The position numbers and the translations under genes were made by a program. The notes under the pieces were generated by a model that did no database searches, had not been told where the DNA came from, and saw only the letters and a program-made list of their open reading frames with translations. From a virus (taxonomy: Duplodnaviria > Heunggongvirae > Uroviricota > Caudoviricetes), in the IMG/VR virus record IMGVR_UViG_2711768073_000020, positions 1 to 39,494 of that record: a DNA stretch of 39,494 bases; one strand, written 5' to 3'. Positions 34,684 to 39,494 of this stretch are shown here, piece by piece; the stretch's first letter is position 1; each line of letters begins with the position of its first letter.

Positions 34684-35231
34684 TGAGGACGATTGAAGCC
34701 ATGCAGCGACAACTCCTCGGCCTGATTGGGCGGGCCGTGGTGAAAAGCATCAGTGCCGCCACGAAATGTCAGACCGTGGATGTGTCCCTGATTGCCGGTG
34801 AACCCAAAGCCGGGGTTGAACATCTTGAACCCTACGGTTTTACCGCAAGGGCAAACAGCGGTGCGGAAGCGGTGGTGTTGTTTCCGGATGGCGACCGTTC
34901 TCATGCGGTGGTTGTTACGGTGTCGGACCGTCGCTACCGCCTGAAAGGGCTGCAAACGGGGGAGGTGGCTGTCTATGACGATCAGGGGCAGTCCGTGACG
35001 CTGACCCGGGAGGGGATCGTGGTGGACGGTGCAGGTAAAACGATCACGTTTCGCAATGCGCCCAGAGCACGTTTTGAAATGGACCTGGAAGTGACCGGAC
35101 AGGTGAAAGACCTGTGCGACTCCGGCGGCACCACCATGTCAGCGATGCGGCTTGCCTATAACGGGCATCGTCACAGAGAGAACGGTCAGGGCAGTAACAC
35201 CGACAAACCTGATAAAGCGATGGAGGCATGA
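34683..35231 (+). CDS. Baseplate assembly protein V-like (Mu gp45-like spike), 182 aa
   Basis: Position and size. Confidence 0.6.
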   Translation: MRTIEAMQRQLLGLIGRAVVKSISAATKCQTVDVSLIAGEPKAGVEHLEPYGFTARANSGAEAVVLFPDGDRSHAVVVTVSDRRYRLKGLQTGEVAVYDDQGQSVTLTREGIVVDGAGKTITFRNAPRARFEMDLEVTGQVKDLCDSGGTTMSAMRLAYNGHRHRENGQGSNTDKPDKAMEA

Positions 35232-35656
35232 TGGAACTGTGGCTGACGGTGAACGGTAAACGCACCTGCGCCAGCGCACCGCTGGATCCGCTGACCCGCG
35301 CCGTGGTGATTTCCCTGTTCACCTGGCGGCGGGCGGAGCCTGATGACAATGCCGACGTCCCGATGGGATGGTGGGGGGATACCTGGCCTGCGGTACAGAA
35401 TGACCGTTACGGCTCCCGGCTGTGGCTGCTTCAGCGCAGCAAACTGACCAATCAGCTGGTGCTGACGGTAAGGGGGTATATCCGCGAATGCCTGCAATGG
35501 ATGATTGATGACGGCGTGGTGTCCCGTATTGATCTGGATATCCGCCGCACCGGGATTAATGAACTGGGTAACAGTATCACTCTCTGGCGTCGTGACGGAC
35601 CGGTAATGATTTCTTTTGATGATCTGTGGAGTGCGATAACGCATGGCGGACAGTGA
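35228..35656 (+). CDS. Baseplate protein, GP46 family (W-like), 142 aa
   Basis: Position and size between V-like and J-like genes. Confidence 0.6.
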   Translation: MMELWLTVNGKRTCASAPLDPLTRAVVISLFTWRRAEPDDNADVPMGWWGDTWPAVQNDRYGSRLWLLQRSKLTNQLVLTVRGYIRECLQWMIDDGVVSRIDLDIRRTGINELGNSITLWRRDGPVMISFDDLWSAITHGGQ

Positions 35657-36701
35657 ATTTCAGCGCCCGACGCTGGCAGAAAATATCAGTATGCTCCGTA
35701 ACGATTTATTCGCCAGGCTGGACGTCAGCGACACGCTCCGGCGCATGGATGAAGACGTGCGGGCAAAGGTGTATGCGGCGGCGCTGCATACGGTTTACGG
35801 GTACATCGATTATCTGGCAATGAACATGCTGCCTGACCTGTGCGATGAGTCCTGGCTGGCGCGACATGCTGCGATGAAACGGTGTCCGCGCAAGGGGGCC
35901 ACGGCTGCCAGCGGGTATATGCGCTGGGAAGGTGTCAGCGATGGCCTGAAGGTGACCGCCGGGAGTGTTATTCAGCGCGATGACCTGGTTCAGTATACTG
36001 CAACTGCCGATGCAACCAGCTCCGGTGGTGTCCTGCGCGTGCCGATCGCCTGCTCAAATGCAGGCGCGGTCGGTAACGCTGACGACGGTACGGCATTAAT
36101 CCTGGTCACGCCGGTGAATGGTCTGCCGTCTTCCGGTGTGGCTGACACCCTGACAGGCGGATTTGATACTGAAGAGCTGGAAACGTGGCGCGCCCGCGTC
36201 ATTGAGCGGTATTACTGGACGCCGCAGGGCGGGGCTGACGGGGACTATGTCGTCTGGGCTAAAGAAGTGCCCGGCATTACCCGCGCATGGACATACCGTC
36301 ACTGGATGGGAACGGGAACTGTCGGTGTGATGATTGCCAGCAGTGACCTGATTAATCCCATTCCGGAAGAATCAACGGAAACGGCGGCAAGACAACATAT
36401 CGAGCCACTGGCCCCGGTGGCAGGCTCTGATTTGTATGTGTTCAGGCCGGTGGCACATACGGTGGATTTTCATATCCGCGTGACGCCGGACACACCAGAA
36501 ATACGGGCTGCCATTACCGCGGAGTTGCGTTCGTTCCTGCTGCGTGATGGTTATCCGCAGGGAGAACTCAAGGTATCGCGTATCAGTGAGGCGATTTCCG
36601 GTGCGAACGGGGAATACAGCCATCAGTTGCTTGCACCGGTGGACAATATCTCCATTGCGAAAAACGAACTGGCGGTACTGGGGACGATTTCATGGACGTG
36701 A
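35643..36701 (+). CDS. Baseplate J-like protein (Mu gp47-like), 352 aa
   Basis: Position and size. Confidence 0.7.
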   Translation: MADSEFQRPTLAENISMLRNDLFARLDVSDTLRRMDEDVRAKVYAAALHTVYGYIDYLAMNMLPDLCDESWLARHAAMKRCPRKGATAASGYMRWEGVSDGLKVTAGSVIQRDDLVQYTATADATSSGGVLRVPIACSNAGAVGNADDGTALILVTPVNGLPSSGVADTLTGGFDTEELETWRARVIERYYWTPQGGADGDYVVWAKEVPGITRAWTYRHWMGTGTVGVMIASSDLINPIPEESTETAARQHIEPLAPVAGSDLYVFRPVAHTVDFHIRVTPDTPEIRAAITAELRSFLLRDGYPQGELKVSRISEAISGANGEYSHQLLAPVDNISIAKNELAVLGTISWT

Positions 36702-37276
36702 CAAACGATGATTACATCCGCCTGTTATCGGCACTGTTGCCGCCCGGTCCGGCGTGGTCAGCCAGCGATCCGGCGATTGCCGGTGCGGCACCGTCATTAA
36801 CCCGTGTTCATCAGCGTGCGGATGCCCTGATGCGGGAGCTGGATCCGCGCACCACCACTGAACTGATAAACCGCTGGGAGCGTCTGTGCGGTCTGCCGGA
36901 TGAATGTATTCCGGCAGGGACGCAGACCCTTCGCCAGCGTCAGCAACGGCTGGATGCGAAGGTTAACCTGGCGGGCGGCATCAACGAGAATTTTTATCTT
37001 GCACAGCTTGCTGCCCTGGGCAGACCAGACGCTACCATCACGCGATACGACAAAAGCACGTTCACCTGCTCATCGGCCTGTACTGACGCGGTGAATGCGC
37101 CGGAATGGCGGTATTACTGGCAGGTCAACATGCCAGCCGCCACAAACACCACCTGGATGACATGTGGCGATCCCTGTGATTCCGCGCTGCGTATCTGGGG
37201 CGACACCGTTGTCGAGTGTGTGCTTAACAAACTCTGCCCGTCGCATACCTACGTAATTTTTAAATATCCGGAGTAA
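36692..37276 (+). CDS. Tail protein, DUF2313/YmfQ-like (Mu gp48-like), 194 aa
   Basis: Position immediately before the tail fibre gene. Confidence 0.6.
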   Translation: MDVTNDDYIRLLSALLPPGPAWSASDPAIAGAAPSLTRVHQRADALMRELDPRTTTELINRWERLCGLPDECIPAGTQTLRQRQQRLDAKVNLAGGINENFYLAQLAALGRPDATITRYDKSTFTCSSACTDAVNAPEWRYYWQVNMPAATNTTWMTCGDPCDSALRIWGDTVVECVLNKLCPSHTYVIFKYPE

Positions 37277-37279
37277 TCC

Positions 37280-37984
37280 ATGCATCGTATAGACACGAAA
37301 ACCGCGCAGAAGGATAAGTTCGGCGCGGGTAAGAACGGTTTTACCCGTGGTAACCCCCAGACCGGCACACCTGCCACCGATCTGGATGATGACTACTTTG
37401 ACATGTTGCAGGAAGAACTTTGTAGCGTGGTGGAGGCATCCGGTGCCAGTCTGGAGAAGGCGCGGCACGACCAGCTGCTTACCGCGCTTCGTGCGCTGCT
37501 GTTAAGCCGCAAGAATCCGTTTGGCGATATCAAATCGGATGGCACGGTGAAAACGGCTCTCGAAAACCTTGGTTTGGGAGAAGGCTCTGCATTACCCGTA
37601 GGTGTGCCTGTTCCGTGGCCTTCAGTCACACCGCCAACAGGTTGGCTGAAATGCAACGGTGCAGCTTTTTCTGCCGAAGAGTATCCGGAACTGGCAAAAG
37701 TTTATCCGACAAATAAATTGCCAGATTTACGCGGCGAATTCATTCGTGGGTGGGATGATGGAAGAGGAATTGATTCAGGACGGACTCTCCTGTCTGCTCA
37801 GGACGGGAGCATTGAGGCACACGGCCATGATTACAATGGGGTCATCTATACTTCTAGCGGTCCTTCCTGGGCTAATACGACGGATGCGGGACACCGGGCA
37901 TATTCGGGATTTACATCATCATATGGCGGGAGTGAAACCCGTCCACGAAATATTGCATTTAACTTTATCGTGAGGGCTGCATAA
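37280..37984 (+). CDS. Tail fibre protein: constant N-terminal part plus variable C-terminal part in the current orientation, 234 aa
   Basis: Tail-collar-like motif [23 protein letters not shown]; the N-terminal coding region 37472-37583 is repeated in inverted orientation at 39383-39494. Confidence 0.8.
   Translation: MHRIDTKTAQKDKFGAGKNGFTRGNPQTGTPATDLDDDYFDMLQEELCSVVEASGASLEKARHDQLLTALRALLLSRKNPFGDIKSDGTVKTALENLGLGEGSALPVGVPVPWPSVTPPTGWLKCNGAAFSAEEYPELAKVYPTNKLPDLRGEFIRGWDDGRGIDSGRTLLSAQDGSIEAHGHDYNGVIYTSSGPSWANTTDAGHRAYSGFTSSYGGSETRPRNIAFNFIVRAA
37472..37583. repeat. Left inverted repeat of tail fibre invertible region (112 bp within the window)
   Basis: Exact reverse-complement match to 39383-39494; extent unknown because the right copy hits the window end. 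Confidence 0.75.
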
Positions 37985-38586
37985 TGGATAACGCCGTATT
38001 AAATAGCGAGCTTATTGCCACGAAGGCGGGGAATATTACCGTCTATAACTATGATGGTGAAACTCGGGAATATATTTCCACTTCAAATGAATATCTTGCC
38101 ATTGGTGTCGGTATCCCTGCATATTCCTGTTTAGATGCCCCTGGCACACATAAGGCGGGTTATGCTATCTGCCGTTCGATGGATTTAAACTCATGGGAAT
38201 ATGTGCCAGACCATCGCGGTGAAATCGTTTATAGCACCGAAACAGGAGAATTGAAAGAAATCACAGGTCCGGGTGATTATCCTGAAAATACGACCACTAT
38301 CGCCCCGTTAACGCCATACGATGAATGGGATGGTGAGAAATGGGTGACGGATACCGAGGCACAGCATAGCGCCGCAGTAGATGCAGCAGAAGCACAGCGC
38401 CAGTCGCTTATTGATGCTGCTATGGCTTCCATCAGTCTGATTCAACTGAAATTGCAGGCCGGACGGAAGTTGATGCAGGCAGAAACAACTCGCCTTAACG
38501 TTGTGCTGGATTATATCGACGCGGTGACGGCAACAGATACCAGCACCGCGCCGGATGTCATCTGGCCTGAACTGCCGGAGGCGTAG
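37984..38586 (+). CDS. Tail fibre assembly protein (Tfa), 200 aa
   Basis: Follows the tail fibre gene; conserved C-terminal TDTSTAPDVIWPELP motif shared with the convergent minus-strand Tfa. Confidence 0.75.
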   Translation: MDNAVLNSELIATKAGNITVYNYDGETREYISTSNEYLAIGVGIPAYSCLDAPGTHKAGYAICRSMDLNSWEYVPDHRGEIVYSTETGELKEITGPGDYPENTTTIAPLTPYDEWDGEKWVTDTEAQHSAAVDAAEAQRQSLIDAAMASISLIQLKLQAGRKLMQAETTRLNVVLDYIDAVTATDTSTAPDVIWPELPEA

Positions 38587-39001
38587 GCCATTCAATATCG
38601 GGGGCTGTTGAAGTATCAACACGCATCAGCAGCACACGGTATTTCTTCCATTGGGTGAGAGTTGAAGTTTCTTCATCAGTTGCAATGCCCGCATCAACAG
38701 CATCCTGACGCCAGGATATTTCACTGTCAGCTTTTGCACGAAATGTGGCTTTCATGTTTTCTGCATCTGATATTTTCTGTTCTGGTGAAAGCGGCGGCTC
38801 ATCAACCCATGCAAGGGCCCCTGAAACCATTCCCAGCATTTTTCCTGTTGGCTTATTTCCCCCATTAAATCTGACAGCATCCTCATCGCTGATTTCAATA
38901 CCATCCTGCGGCCATGTCCCCTCCTTGATATAACTTTCGTATAGCGCTGCGTTGTAGATTGCATTTTCGGAAGGGCTGTAAACACTTTTAACTTTATTCA
39001 T
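38558..39001 (-). CDS. Alternative tail fibre assembly protein (Tfa'), inverted orientation, 147 aa
   Basis: Convergent with Tfa, shares C-terminal VDTSTAPDIEWPTPP motif. Confidence 0.7.
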   Translation of the reverse strand: MNKVKSVYSPSENAIYNAALYESYIKEGTWPQDGIEISDEDAVRFNGGNKPTGKMLGMVSGALAWVDEPPLSPEQKISDAENMKATFRAKADSEISWRQDAVDAGIATDEETSTLTQWKKYRVLLMRVDTSTAPDIEWPTPPAVQAR

Positions 39002-39005
39002 TCTG

Positions 39006-39494
39006 TTATCTCCCTTTCGCTATATAGCAAAGATTAAACCCACCGCTACCTGACATACGGGCTGTAAAACCCGTTCTTGAAGTACCAGTTGAGTTAACTC
39101 CATAAGCAGGCATGGTTGTTGGAGAAAGCAGAGACTCCTGGATATCTGCCATTGTCAGTGTAATTGATTCGACCCGCGCGGGGAAAGGTAGCGGGAAAAC
39201 AACATTCGTCCCTGTCTGTCCAACGGGGAAACCGAAAATACCCCATTGTGTAATTACCCCATCCGGCCCCTTACTCCATCCAGATTTAGGATTCGGCCAG
39301 TCTGCTGCTCCAGAGTGCCCCGTTGTAAAACTACTCATATCTGGTACTTGCCCGGTATCCGTTCCGACGTTCCTCGTTGCCGCTTCTCCCAAACCAAGGT
39401 TTTCGAGAGCCGTTTTCACCGTGCCATCCGATTTGATATCGCCAAACGGATTCTTGCGGCTTAACAGCAGCGCACGAAGCGCGGTAAGCAGCTG
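39006..39494 (-). CDS. Alternative tail fibre variable C-terminal segment, partial at window end (no own start codon)
   Basis: Minus-strand reading frame continues from the inverted repeat (…[15 protein letters not shown]) into a different variable domain; would be joined to the constant N-terminus after inversion. Confidence 0.65.
   Translation of the reverse strand, partial: QLLTALRALLLSRKNPFGDIKSDGTVKTALENLGLGEAATRNVGTDTGQVPDMSSFTTGHSGAADWPNPKSGWSKGPDGVITQWGIFGFPVGQTGTNVVFPLPFPARVESITLTMADIQESLLSPTTMPAYGVNSTGTSRTGFTARMSGSGGFNLCYIAKGR
39383..39494. repeat. Right inverted repeat of tail fibre invertible region (truncated by the window end)
   Basis: Reverse complement of 37472-37583. Confidence 0.75.
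39384..39409. other. Candidate Din-family invertase crossover site (TTCTCCCAAACC-AA-GGTTTTCGAGAG); partner copy at 37557-37582
   Basis: 26-bp imperfect dyad resembling hix/gix/cix sites, at the inner edge of the inverted repeat on both sides. Confidence 0.45.

Overview
Enterobacterial (E. coli/Shigella-type) chromosome: a complete proA, then tRNA-Thr (thrW-type, anticodon CGT), then immediately a mosaic prophage that fills the rest of the window. All calls are from reading the sequence and ORF track by eye; no database search was run. Prophage order: P22/SfV-like int-xis; an early-left block whose sizes and order match YfdT/S/R/Q/P-type proteins; a cI/cro immunity switch with GTAC-core operators; an O-like initiator with embedded iterons; a nin-like region (Dam-type methylase, LexA N-domain-only protein, RusA, KilA-N, DUF968); Q antiterminator; lysis cassette (holin, lambda R-like endolysin, Rz/Rz1); HNH-TerS-TerL packaging genes; HK97-like portal/protease/capsid; Mu-like contractile tail and baseplate; tail fibre with an invertible-segment signature that runs off the window end. 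The best candidate for an undescribed system is an AT-rich, antisense two-gene cassette between Q and the lysis genes (13437..14849): a 313-aa soluble protein plus a ~149-aa four-helix membrane protein, which is RexA/RexB-like in architecture (unverified). Other notable points: a second, diverged HNH-TerS-TerL' copy truncated by a right-end-deleted IS3, a -1 frameshift site in the tail chaperone, several unannotated small ORFs, and AT-rich single-gene cargo near the packaging region.
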